Shown: one piece after another, positions 37,354 to 45,019 of the stretch
Layout: each line of letters starts with the position of its first letter
Position numbering within the stretch: the first letter of the stretch is position 1
From: Dermatophilaceae bacterium
Lineage (GTDB): Bacteria > Actinomycetota > Actinomycetes > Actinomycetales > Dermatophilaceae
Direction of reading: 5' to 3'
Assembly: GCA_039812545.1 (NCBI GenBank)
Contig: JBDIAR010000001.1
Location: 1,946-65,945 of the forward strand
Length of the DNA: 64,000 bases
Translations under genes and position numbers: made by a program
Notes under the pieces: model-generated
Seen by the model: only the letters and a program-made list of their open reading frames with translations
Databases searched by the model: none
Told to the model about the DNA's origin: nothing

Positions 37354-37647
37354 GTGTCCACTATGGAAGACACCGTCCGCGAGCTGCAGCAGCTCGTATC
37401 CGAACTCACCCATCGGGTCAATTTCCTGGAGGCCGAGCTCAACGCGTTCCCGCACCGCCACGCCGACGACCCGACCGATGAGGAGATGCTGGCCATCTCC
37501 GCCGCGGTCGCGGCCTTCCTCGGCCACCGCGCGCTGCCCAAGCAGGTCCACGTCCGCCGTCGTGGTGGCTGGGCGCGCAAGGGACGCGAGGGAATCCAGG
37601 AGTCGCACAGCGTGACTCACCACACCCCCCGGTATCTCGGCCACTGA
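37354..37647 (+). CDS. Small transcarboxylase-operon protein, acyl-CoA carboxylase epsilon-like
   Basis: GTG 37354 lies 5 nt after GGGGGAGGAG; alternatives are GTG 37333 (overlapping the 12S stop) and ATG 37363. PTDEEMLAISAAVAAFLG resembles the P-T-x-E-E-L-A-A motif of epsilon subunits. Confidence 0.55.
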   Translation: MSTMEDTVRELQQLVSELTHRVNFLEAELNAFPHRHADDPTDEEMLAISAAVAAFLGHRALPKQVHVRRRGGWARKGREGIQESHSVTHHTPRYLGH

Positions 37648-37695
37648 CGCCACCCACCCCTTCCCGGACAACCGGAACGACAGACGAGGTAAGAG

Positions 37696-38061
37696 ATGAA
37701 GCTGAAAGTGACCGTCAACGGGACGACGTACGACGTCGACGTGGAGGTCGAAGAGGAGAAGATCACCCCGATCGCCCCGATCATCATCGGTGGCGGAGCG
37801 GTGGGACCGGTCATCCCGGCGACGGCCAAGGCGGCGGGTTCGACCTCGTCCGGTCTGCGGGCACCCATCGCCGGTACCGTCCTGCGGATCAACGTGACCG
37901 AGGGCCAGGAGGTCAAGGCCGGCGACACCGTCGTGGTGCTCGAGGCCATGAAGATGGAGACCGAGATCACGGCCAACATGGATGCCACCGTCGCGCACAT
38001 TCTGGTCGCCGAGGGTGAAGCCGTGATGGCGGGCCAGGACGTCGTCGAGTGGGCCGAGTGA
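37696..38061 (+). CDS. Transcarboxylase 1.3S biotin carboxyl carrier subunit
   Basis: MKLKVTVNGTTYDVDVEVEE... N-terminus. Biotinylation motif VLEAMKMETEI. Confidence 0.9.
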   Translation: MKLKVTVNGTTYDVDVEVEEEKITPIAPIIIGGGAVGPVIPATAKAAGSTSSGLRAPIAGTVLRINVTEGQEVKAGDTVVVLEAMKMETEITANMDATVAHILVAEGEAVMAGQDVVEWAE

Positions 38062-38098
38062 GCGCAGCGTCGGCGACGATCTGACGTCCCCACGTGAG

Positions 38099-38136
38099 CC
38101 GGAGGGGGCGACCATCTCGATGGTCGCCCCCTCCGG
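38099..38136. terminator. 17-bp perfect GC-rich hairpin after the transcarboxylase operon
   Basis: CCGGAGGGGGCGACCAT, loop ctcg, ATGGTCGCCCCCTCCGG. Confidence 0.65.
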
Positions 38137-38161
38137 CATGTCCGAGCAGCCGGGTGTCGTT

Positions 38162-38276
38162 GGTCTGCCGCGTGAGATTGGTATACCGCGGGTGATGGGT
38201 ATGCCGGGTGCTGCGGGTATGCCGCGTGCTGCTGGCATTCCGAGTGGTGGGTATGCCGGGTATGCCGGGCCTGTCG
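38162..38276. repeat. Intergenic tandem array of the 9-mer GGTATGCCG and variants (8 units; 18-bp period, then 9-bp)
   Basis: Units start at 38162, 38180, 38198, 38216, 38234, 38250, 38259 and 38268: GGTCTGCCG, GGTATACCG, GGTATGCCG x4, GGCATTCCG, GGCCTGTCG. Confidence 0.85.
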
Positions 38277-38280
38277 GCCC

Positions 38281-40461
38281 TTAGGGCACGGTCACCTTGT
38301 GCCGCAGCGTCGAGACCAGGCCGTCCGAATCGGTCACGGTCAGCGTGACGACATACTCGCCGGGCGCGCGATAGGTGTGGCTGATCGACGGTGTCGGGCC
38401 GGGGGCGGGCGCCGTGCTGTCGTCGCCGAAATCCCACGCGTACGAGGCCACCGTGACCGGCGCGATGACCGTGCTGGCCGCCGCGTCCAAGGTCACGACG
38501 GATCCCGCCGACGTCGCCGTCACGGCCGCGCGGGGTGCCTTCGGGTTGACCCGGATCACGGCCGTGGTCGCGCTGACCCCCAGGTCGTCGGTCACCGTGA
38601 GCGTGACACCGTGGATCTGCTCGTCGGCATAGGTATGCGACACCTTGTCCGGAGTCGTGGTGACGATCGTGTTGGGATTGTCGCCACCTTCGGCCGGAGC
38701 ATTCGCATCCCCGAAACTCCAGGCATACGAGACGATCTTGCCGAGCTTGGCGGTGGACCAGGACGGGTCGAAGGTGACCTGGCCGGCCACCTCGCCGATG
38801 ACGGCGTCGAAATCGGGGATCGGTGGGATGGCCTTGACGGTCACCGGCAGCGTCGTGCGCGAGCTGTTCCCCTTGGCGTCGGTGACGACGAGGGTGACGG
38901 TGTAGTTGCCGTCCTTGGCGTACCCGTGCCGGGTGGTGGCCGTCTTGGTCCGTGCCGTCGTCCCGTCGCCGAACTCCCAGTCGAACGTGGCCAAGTCGCC
39001 GTCAAGGTCCTTGGTCGCCTTGGCGTCGAAGGCCACCGATAGTCCGGTGCTCGTGTCGGCCTGCAGCGCCGCCACCGGTGCCCCGTCGACGACCACGACC
39101 ATCCGTTGGGTCTGGTAGTTGCCCTGCTTGTCGTATGCCGTGAGCGAGACCGTGTAGCTGCCCGGGGACGCGTACCTGTGGACGGCGACCGGCTTGGAGT
39201 ACCAGTGCAGTTCCTTGCCGTCGCCGAAGTTCCACTCGTAGGACACCAGGGCGGAGGCGGTGGACCGGGAGGCCGAGGCGTCGAAGGAGGCGTCGCCCGC
39301 GGCGACCTTGGCCGTGAAGCCGGTGCGAACCGGCGAGCCGAGGATGGGGCCGGGCTGCACGGTCGAGCCGGGCGTCGGCCCGGTGGTCACCTTCGTCGGC
39401 CTGGGGCCGCTGGTCGAACCGGAGGTGATGGTCGTCTTCGGCGGTGGCGTGGCCTTGGGCGGCGCGGCCGATGTCGTGGACCCTGAGTTGATGATCGGGC
39501 CGATGACATTGGGGCCGATGGTCCCGGTGTCGCGGTAGGTGGCCGCCCACATCAACACATCGCCCACGTAGACCCGAGACGGGTTGTACCGCATGATCGC
39601 CGCCGAGATATTGGCCGCGTTGGACAGGTCTCCGCCGGTGTCGCAGAGGAAGACCCCGGCCGTGACGGCGGCGTCGTACACATTGTTCGGGTCCGCCACG
39701 CCGTCGCCGTTGCCGTCCTCGCCGAACTGGCGCCAGGTGGACGGAAGGAACTGCATGGGGCCGACGGCCCGGTCGAACTGGGTGTCCCCGTCCAGCGCTC
39801 CGCCGTCGGTGTCCCGGATGACCGCGGTCCCCGGAGTGGTCCCGTCCAGCCGGGGCCCGAGGATCACTCCCTTGGTCTTTCCGGTCGCATCGACGGCGCC
39901 GCCGTAGGCGTGGCCCGACTCGATCTTGCCGATGCCGGCGAGCAGCCACCACGGCAGATTGCATTGGGGACGCAGGGTGCGCAACCGGGTCTGCGCCGAG
40001 GTGTATGCCGTCATCAGGCCGGTGGGAACCGTGGCGGCCGCCGACCGGGTGGGGGCGATCTTGCCGTCCAGCGCCAGCTTGGCCATCTCCCCGGCCTGTT
40101 TCGCGTCGACCGGGGTGCTCACCATCCGACCGTCGAGGGCCACGAGGCTGTGGCCGATCGCGGCGGTGACGCCCTGGCCCGGAGCCGATCCGTCGACCAC
40201 GAGCCCGCCGGGTGCCGTCGTGGTGTCCGGCCGGGGCTGGGCCGGTGCGCCGAGGCTGGCTCCGACGAGCATCAGGCTCGCCATCCCGGTGCCGGCGATC
40301 GCATTGCGCAACCCGGTGCGGGCACCCGCCCGAGCCTCGGCGATCCGGCGCAACTGCCGGCCACCGGACCGAACAGCCTCTGTCCGAACCGGTTCGGCGC
40401 GCACTCCACCGCGCGGCGCCATCGTGGGCTGCGGTTGGCGGTGCGGCTGTTTCGGCGTCAT
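38281..40461 (-). CDS. Secreted lytic murein transglycosylase (SLT_2/MltB-like) fused to four PKD domains
   Basis: N-terminal signal/anchor. WWLLAGIGKIESGHA (catalytic Glu), GPMQFLPSTW. Four repeats each carry W/F-x-F-GDG (YEWNFGDG, FDWEFGDG, YAWSFGDA, YAWDFGDD). Confidence 0.85.
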   Translation of the reverse strand: MTPKQPHRQPQPTMAPRGGVRAEPVRTEAVRSGGRQLRRIAEARAGARTGLRNAIAGTGMASLMLVGASLGAPAQPRPDTTTAPGGLVVDGSAPGQGVTAAIGHSLVALDGRMVSTPVDAKQAGEMAKLALDGKIAPTRSAAATVPTGLMTAYTSAQTRLRTLRPQCNLPWWLLAGIGKIESGHAYGGAVDATGKTKGVILGPRLDGTTPGTAVIRDTDGGALDGDTQFDRAVGPMQFLPSTWRQFGEDGNGDGVADPNNVYDAAVTAGVFLCDTGGDLSNAANISAAIMRYNPSRVYVGDVLMWAATYRDTGTIGPNVIGPIINSGSTTSAAPPKATPPPKTTITSGSTSGPRPTKVTTGPTPGSTVQPGPILGSPVRTGFTAKVAAGDASFDASASRSTASALVSYEWNFGDGKELHWYSKPVAVHRYASPGSYTVSLTAYDKQGNYQTQRMVVVVDGAPVAALQADTSTGLSVAFDAKATKDLDGDLATFDWEFGDGTTARTKTATTRHGYAKDGNYTVTLVVTDAKGNSSRTTLPVTVKAIPPIPDFDAVIGEVAGQVTFDPSWSTAKLGKIVSYAWSFGDANAPAEGGDNPNTIVTTTPDKVSHTYADEQIHGVTLTVTDDLGVSATTAVIRVNPKAPRAAVTATSAGSVVTLDAAASTVIAPVTVASYAWDFGDDSTAPAPGPTPSISHTYRAPGEYVVTLTVTDSDGLVSTLRHKVTVP

Positions 40462-40627
40462 GTCTCGGGGATGCCTTGGGGTGGATCAGCCGGCTGGCCG
40501 GGTGGATGAACCGGTGGGGGTGATCTGGGAAGGTTTCAGACCGCCCGCACGATCTGACCAGATTCGTCCCAATCGTAGCTCTTTCTCCCGACGTGCGGGA
40601 GATTCCGCAGCACCCGCATACCGCACA

Positions 40628-41872
40628 TCACCTCCCGAGGACGCCACCAGAGGATCGCGGGGTGCGTCGTCGCGCCAGGAAGCTCGCGAGCCGGCCGATG
40701 GCCTCTTCGATGTCGTCGAGGTGTGGCAGGGTGACGATCCGGAAGTGGTCCGGCCGGGGCCAGTTGAACCCGGTGCCCTGGACGATCAGCAGCTTCTCCT
40801 CGCGGACCAGGTCCAGCGCGAAGCGCTCGTCGTCCTCGATCGGGTAGACCGCCGGGTCGAGCCTCGGGAACAGGTAGAGCGCGCCCCTCGGCCGCACGCA
40901 ACTGACCCCGGGGATCTCACAGACGAGTTCCCAGGCCCGTCGCCGCTGCAGTTCGAAACGGCCGCCCTGGGCGATCAACCCGTCGACCGACTGCACCCCG
41001 CCCAACGCGGTCTGGATGGCATACTGCGCCGGCACATTGGCGCACAGTCGCATATTCGCCAGTACGCCCAGCGCCTCGATATACCCTCGGGCGTGGTCCT
41101 TGGGGCCGGACAGGCCGAGCCACCCGCTGCGGAAACCCGCGACCCGATGCGTCTTGGACAGCCCGTTGAAGGTGAGGCACAGCAGGTCGGGGGCGCGCGA
41201 GGCGATCGAGATGTGGACGGCGTCGTCGTAGACGATCCGGTCGTAGATCTCGTCGGACATCAGGATCAGGTCGTGCTCGCGGGCGATCTGGACCAGCTCG
41301 TCGAGCATCGCCGGCTCGTACACCGCGCCGGTCGGGTTGTTGGGATTGATGACCACCAGGGCCCGGGTCCGATCGGTGATCTTGGAGCGCAGATCGGCCA
41401 GGTCGGGCTGCCAGTCGGCGCCCTCGTCGCACAGGTAGTGGACCGGGCGACCACCGGCCAACGCCGTCGCCGCGGTCCACAGCGGGTAGTCCGGCGCGGG
41501 GATGAGAACTTCGTCGCCGTCATCCAGCAGGCCCTGCATGGCCATCACGATCAGTTCGGAGACGCCGTTGCCGAGATAGATGTCGTCGGGGTCGACCCCC
41601 GGAATCCCCCGCAACGCGAAGTACTGGGCCACCGCGACCCGAGCCGGCAGGATCCCCTTGGAGTCCGAGTAGCCGTGGGCGATCGGCAGGGTGTGGATCA
41701 TGTCCCGCAAGATCTCCGGCGGGGCCTCGAAACCGAACGGCCCGGGGTTGCCGATGTTCAGCTTGATGATGTGTTCGCCGGCATCCTCCAGCCGCTTGGC
41801 CTCCTCCAGAACCGGGCCGCGGATTTCGTAACAGACCTTCGCGAGTTTGGAGGATTGACCGACGGCGCGCAT
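40628..41872 (-). CDS. Class I/II PLP aminotransferase (AlaA/alanine aminotransferase-like)
   Basis: SSKLAKVCYEIRGPVLEEAKRLEDAGEHIIKLNIGNP and LSKTHRVAGFRSGW (PLP Lys). Confidence 0.9.
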   Translation of the reverse strand: MRAVGQSSKLAKVCYEIRGPVLEEAKRLEDAGEHIIKLNIGNPGPFGFEAPPEILRDMIHTLPIAHGYSDSKGILPARVAVAQYFALRGIPGVDPDDIYLGNGVSELIVMAMQGLLDDGDEVLIPAPDYPLWTAATALAGGRPVHYLCDEGADWQPDLADLRSKITDRTRALVVINPNNPTGAVYEPAMLDELVQIAREHDLILMSDEIYDRIVYDDAVHISIASRAPDLLCLTFNGLSKTHRVAGFRSGWLGLSGPKDHARGYIEALGVLANMRLCANVPAQYAIQTALGGVQSVDGLIAQGGRFELQRRRAWELVCEIPGVSCVRPRGALYLFPRLDPAVYPIEDDERFALDLVREEKLLIVQGTGFNWPRPDHFRIVTLPHLDDIEEAIGRLASFLARRRTPRSSGGVLGR

Positions 41873-41945
41873 GGGGTCAAGCGTATGCCGGTGGCCGGTC
41901 GGGACCCGTCAAGGTCCCGACCGGTTGCCGCTCAGCCGTGCTGGC

Positions 41946-42170
41946 TCAGCCTTGCTTGCCGTCCAGCGCCACGAGGACACCGGCGAGGGCGAAGTACTTG
42001 TTGGAGCCGAGGTCGCGGATCGTCTTGATCCCGAGCGCCTCGGCCAGGGCCGCGTCGTGCTTCTCCGTCAGGCCGGCCAGCGCGGACGGCGGTGCGTCGA
42101 GGATCTCCGACAGCGTCTTGTCCTCGTATGCCTTGTCGAGTCCCTTGGTGAGGTTGACCTGAATAGCCAT
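41946..42170 (-). CDS. Hypothetical small protein (74 aa)
   Basis: ATG 42170 lies 6 nt after AGGAG. Starts MAIQVNLTKGLDKAYEDKTLSEILDAPPSALAGL. High GC3. Confidence 0.55.
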   Translation of the reverse strand: MAIQVNLTKGLDKAYEDKTLSEILDAPPSALAGLTEKHDAALAEALGIKTIRDLGSNKYFALAGVLVALDGKQG

Positions 42171-42335
42171 GTGCGCTCCTATGTGTTGGACCTGTATGTG
42201 CTGGACGTGCGGACCGGATACGACGAACGGTAGTGTTCCCGAGTCGCCTGAGCCCGCAATTGGGCCAACCTGGGAGTTTGCCGCACGAAAAGGTTGCGCG
42301 AACTGTGGGTGCGGGCCTGACGGCTGCGGTGAGGG

Positions 42336-42407
42336 CAGGTCAAGCGGTGACAACAGGTCGAGCGCTGACAACAGGTCAAGCGGTGACAACAGGTCAAGCG
42401 GTGACGG
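42336..42407. repeat. Four tandem 18-bp repeats CAGGTCAAGCGGTGACAA in a divergent promoter region
   Basis: Copies at 42336, 42354 (2 mismatches), 42372 (identical to copy 1) and 42390 (last 2 nt differ). Confidence 0.9.
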
Positions 42408-42421
42408 GATGAGGTCGCGAC

Positions 42422-44989
42422 GTGGCAGGACCGGCCCCGAAGACCCTGGCCGAGCGGTGTCCGGTCGGCGCGCCGCCTGACGAACTCGCCGAAGCGGCAT
42501 ACGAGGCGTTCGTCGCCTGGACGACAGACGGCGGCGTCACGCTGTACCCCGCGCAGGACGAGGCGCTGCTCGCGCTCGCGACCGGGGCCAATGTCGTGCT
42601 CGGGACGCCGACCGGTTCGGGCAAGTCCCTGGTGGCCGTCGGGGCGTGTTTCGCGGCGCTGTCCGCGGGTCAGCGCAGTTGGTACACCGCGCCGATCAAG
42701 GCGCTGGTCTCGGAGAAGTTCTTCGACCTGTGCGCGGTGTTCGGGGCGACCAATGTCGGCATGATGACCGGGGACGCCACCGTCAACGCGGGCGCCCCGA
42801 TCGTCTGCGCGACCGCCGAGATCCTGGCCAATACGGCACTGCGGGAGGGGGCGGCGGCCGGGGCGGGATTGGTCGTCATGGACGAGTTCCACTTCTACGG
42901 CGATCCGGAGCGTGGCTGGGCCTGGCAGGTTCCGCTGCTGACCCTGCCGGACACGCAGTTCCTCCTGATGTCGGCGACCCTCGGCGACACGAGTGAACTC
43001 GAGGTCGACCTGACCCGACGGACCGGCCGCGAGACCATCGCGGTGACATCCGCCGTCCGGCCCGTGCCGTTGGATTTCGCGTGGGTGGAGACGCCGATCC
43101 ACGAGAGCGTCGAGGACCTGCTGGCCGGTGGCCGCTCCCCGGTTTACGCGGTGCACTTCACCCAGGCGGCCGCCCTGGAACGCGCGCAGGCCCTGACGTC
43201 GGCGGCGGTCACGACCAAGGCCGAGCGGGCCGCGATCGCCGCCGCCGTCGGAGATTTCAGGTTCGCCAAGGGCTTTGGGCAGACCTTGCGGCGGCTGATC
43301 GGCCACGGCATCGGGGTGCACCACGCCGGGATGCTGCCGAAATACCGCCGCTTGGTCGAGACCCTCGCCCAAGCCGGGCTGCTCAAGGTCGTCTGCGGCA
43401 CCGACACCCTGGGCGTCGGCATCAATGTGCCGATTCGGACCGTGCTGCTCACCTCGCTCGTCAAGTACGACGGGACCCGGATGCGGGTCCTGCGGGCTCG
43501 TGAGTTCCATCAGATCGCCGGTCGCGCCGGTCGCGCCGGGTTCGATGTCGCCGGCTCGGTCGTATGCCAGGCGCCCGATCACGTCGTCGAAAACGCCCGG
43601 CTGGTGGCCCGGGCCGGAGACGACCCGAAGAAGTTGCGCCGCGTGCAGCGCAAGAAGCCGCCCGAGGGCGAACTGACTTACGGCGAGAGCACTTTCGAGC
43701 GGCTGGTGGCCGCCGAACCCGAGCCGCTGCGTCCGCACCTACGCATCACGCACGCGGTGGTCCTCAACATCCTGCAGCGCCCCGGCAACGGGCTGCGCGA
43801 CCTGTGGCGGCTCATCCACGGCAGCCATGAGGAGTCGGCCCGGCGACGTCGGCTGTGGCACCGGGCGGTTCGCATCGTGCGCACCCTGCTGACGGCGCAG
43901 GTGGTCCGTCTGCAGGTCGAGGTCGATCCGGACGACCCGGCGCGCGACGTGGTGCGCTGCCGGGTCGCCGTCGACCTGCAGCAGGGATTCGCGCTCAACC
44001 AGCCGCTGTCCGCCTTCGCGCTCGAGGCCCTCAAGCTCCTCGATCCCGACGACCCGGCATACCCGCTCGACGTCGTGTCCGTGGTGGAGGCGACCTTGGA
44101 GGATCCCCGGCCGGTGCTGGCCGCGCAGCGCTTCGAGGCCCGGGGAGAGGCGGTGGCGGAGTTCAAGGCGGACGGCTTGGACTACGACGAGCGGATGACC
44201 GCGCTGGAGGACGTGAGCTGGCCGCGTCCGCTGGCGGAGCTCCTGGAGGGCGCCTTCCTGGCCTACCTGCGGCACCACCCGTGGGCCGCCGAAGCCGAAC
44301 TCTCGCCCAAGTCGGTGGTTCGCGAGATGTGGGAACGGGCCATGTCGTTCGGCGAGTTCATCGCCCACCACAAGCTGGCCCGCTCGGAGGGCCTTGTGCT
44401 GCGCTATCTCAGCGACGCCTATCGGGCGTTGCGGCAGACCGTGCCGGCGACTCGGCGCACCGACGAACTCGACGAACTGACCGAGTGGCTCGGGGAGGTC
44501 GTCCGCCAGACCGACTCGAGCCTGCTGGACGAGTGGGAGACGCTCGTCAGCCCGGCCGACGACGCGGGCGACGGCGCTGGGGGTGTGGGGGTGCCCCGTC
44601 CGACGCGAGAGCGGGTCCTGTCCGACAATCCGCGGGCGCTGCGCGCGATGATCCGTCAGGCGATGTTCCGTCGGGTCGAACTGCTCGCCCTGGGTCGTTA
44701 CGACCAGCTCGCCGGTTTGGACGACGGGCTGACGGGCGAGCAGTGGCAGTCGGCGGCGCAGGACTACTTCGCCGAGTACGCCGATATCGGTACCGGACCC
44801 GATGCCCGTGGAGCGGGCCTGCTCAGCATCGAGGCCGACCCCGATGCGCCTCGCATCCTCCTCGTGGCCCAGATCATCGACGACCCCGACGGCGACCGGG
44901 ACTGGCGGATCACCGCCGAGGTCGACCTGGACGCGACCGACGAGGCGGGCGAACTCGCGCTGACGACAGCGGCATTCGCGCCCGCATGA
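42422..44989 (+). CDS. Ski2-like DEAD/DEAH-box helicase with a DUF3516-type C-terminal region
   Basis: GTPTGSGKS (motif I), VMDEFHF (DEFH box), MSATLG, HHAGMLP, QIAGRAGRAG (motif VI). 855 aa. Confidence 0.9.
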   Translation: MAGPAPKTLAERCPVGAPPDELAEAAYEAFVAWTTDGGVTLYPAQDEALLALATGANVVLGTPTGSGKSLVAVGACFAALSAGQRSWYTAPIKALVSEKFFDLCAVFGATNVGMMTGDATVNAGAPIVCATAEILANTALREGAAAGAGLVVMDEFHFYGDPERGWAWQVPLLTLPDTQFLLMSATLGDTSELEVDLTRRTGRETIAVTSAVRPVPLDFAWVETPIHESVEDLLAGGRSPVYAVHFTQAAALERAQALTSAAVTTKAERAAIAAAVGDFRFAKGFGQTLRRLIGHGIGVHHAGMLPKYRRLVETLAQAGLLKVVCGTDTLGVGINVPIRTVLLTSLVKYDGTRMRVLRAREFHQIAGRAGRAGFDVAGSVVCQAPDHVVENARLVARAGDDPKKLRRVQRKKPPEGELTYGESTFERLVAAEPEPLRPHLRITHAVVLNILQRPGNGLRDLWRLIHGSHEESARRRRLWHRAVRIVRTLLTAQVVRLQVEVDPDDPARDVVRCRVAVDLQQGFALNQPLSAFALEALKLLDPDDPAYPLDVVSVVEATLEDPRPVLAAQRFEARGEAVAEFKADGLDYDERMTALEDVSWPRPLAELLEGAFLAYLRHHPWAAEAELSPKSVVREMWERAMSFGEFIAHHKLARSEGLVLRYLSDAYRALRQTVPATRRTDELDELTEWLGEVVRQTDSSLLDEWETLVSPADDAGDGAGGVGVPRPTRERVLSDNPRALRAMIRQAMFRRVELLALGRYDQLAGLDDGLTGEQWQSAAQDYFAEYADIGTGPDARGAGLLSIEADPDAPRILLVAQIIDDPDGDRDWRITAEVDLDATDEAGELALTTAAFAPA

Positions 44990-45019
44990 CCAGTCGGCCG
45001 AGCCGGCCGGGTCGTGCCC

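Noticed and set aside
38138-38284. A 48-codon ORF (MSEQPGVVGLPREIGIPRVMGMPGAAGMPRAAGIPSGG...) reading through the GGTATGCCG array.
   Set aside because: There is no Shine-Dalgarno sequence. The ATG abuts the 3' arm of a strong terminator hairpin. The repeat phase breaks after unit 5. The opposite strand gives an equally repetitive shadow ORF. I treat it as non-coding repeat DNA pending expression data.
40462-40627. A c-di-AMP (ydaO-type) riboswitch upstream of the lytic transglycosylase, as is often seen before cell-wall hydrolase genes in actinobacteria.
   Set aside because: Reading the minus-strand leader, I found only a short hairpin (CTCCCG-cacgt-CGGGAG). None of the conserved ydaO core strings I remember are present. 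A covariance-model scan would be needed to be sure.
38162-42407. Possible CRISPR arrays, suggested by the short tandem repeats at 14284-14343, 38162-38276 and 42336-42407.
   Set aside because: Repeat units are 9-18 bp and directly abutting, or separated by spacers of fixed repeat-like sequence. There are no 25-40 bp unique spacers, no cas genes and no leader.
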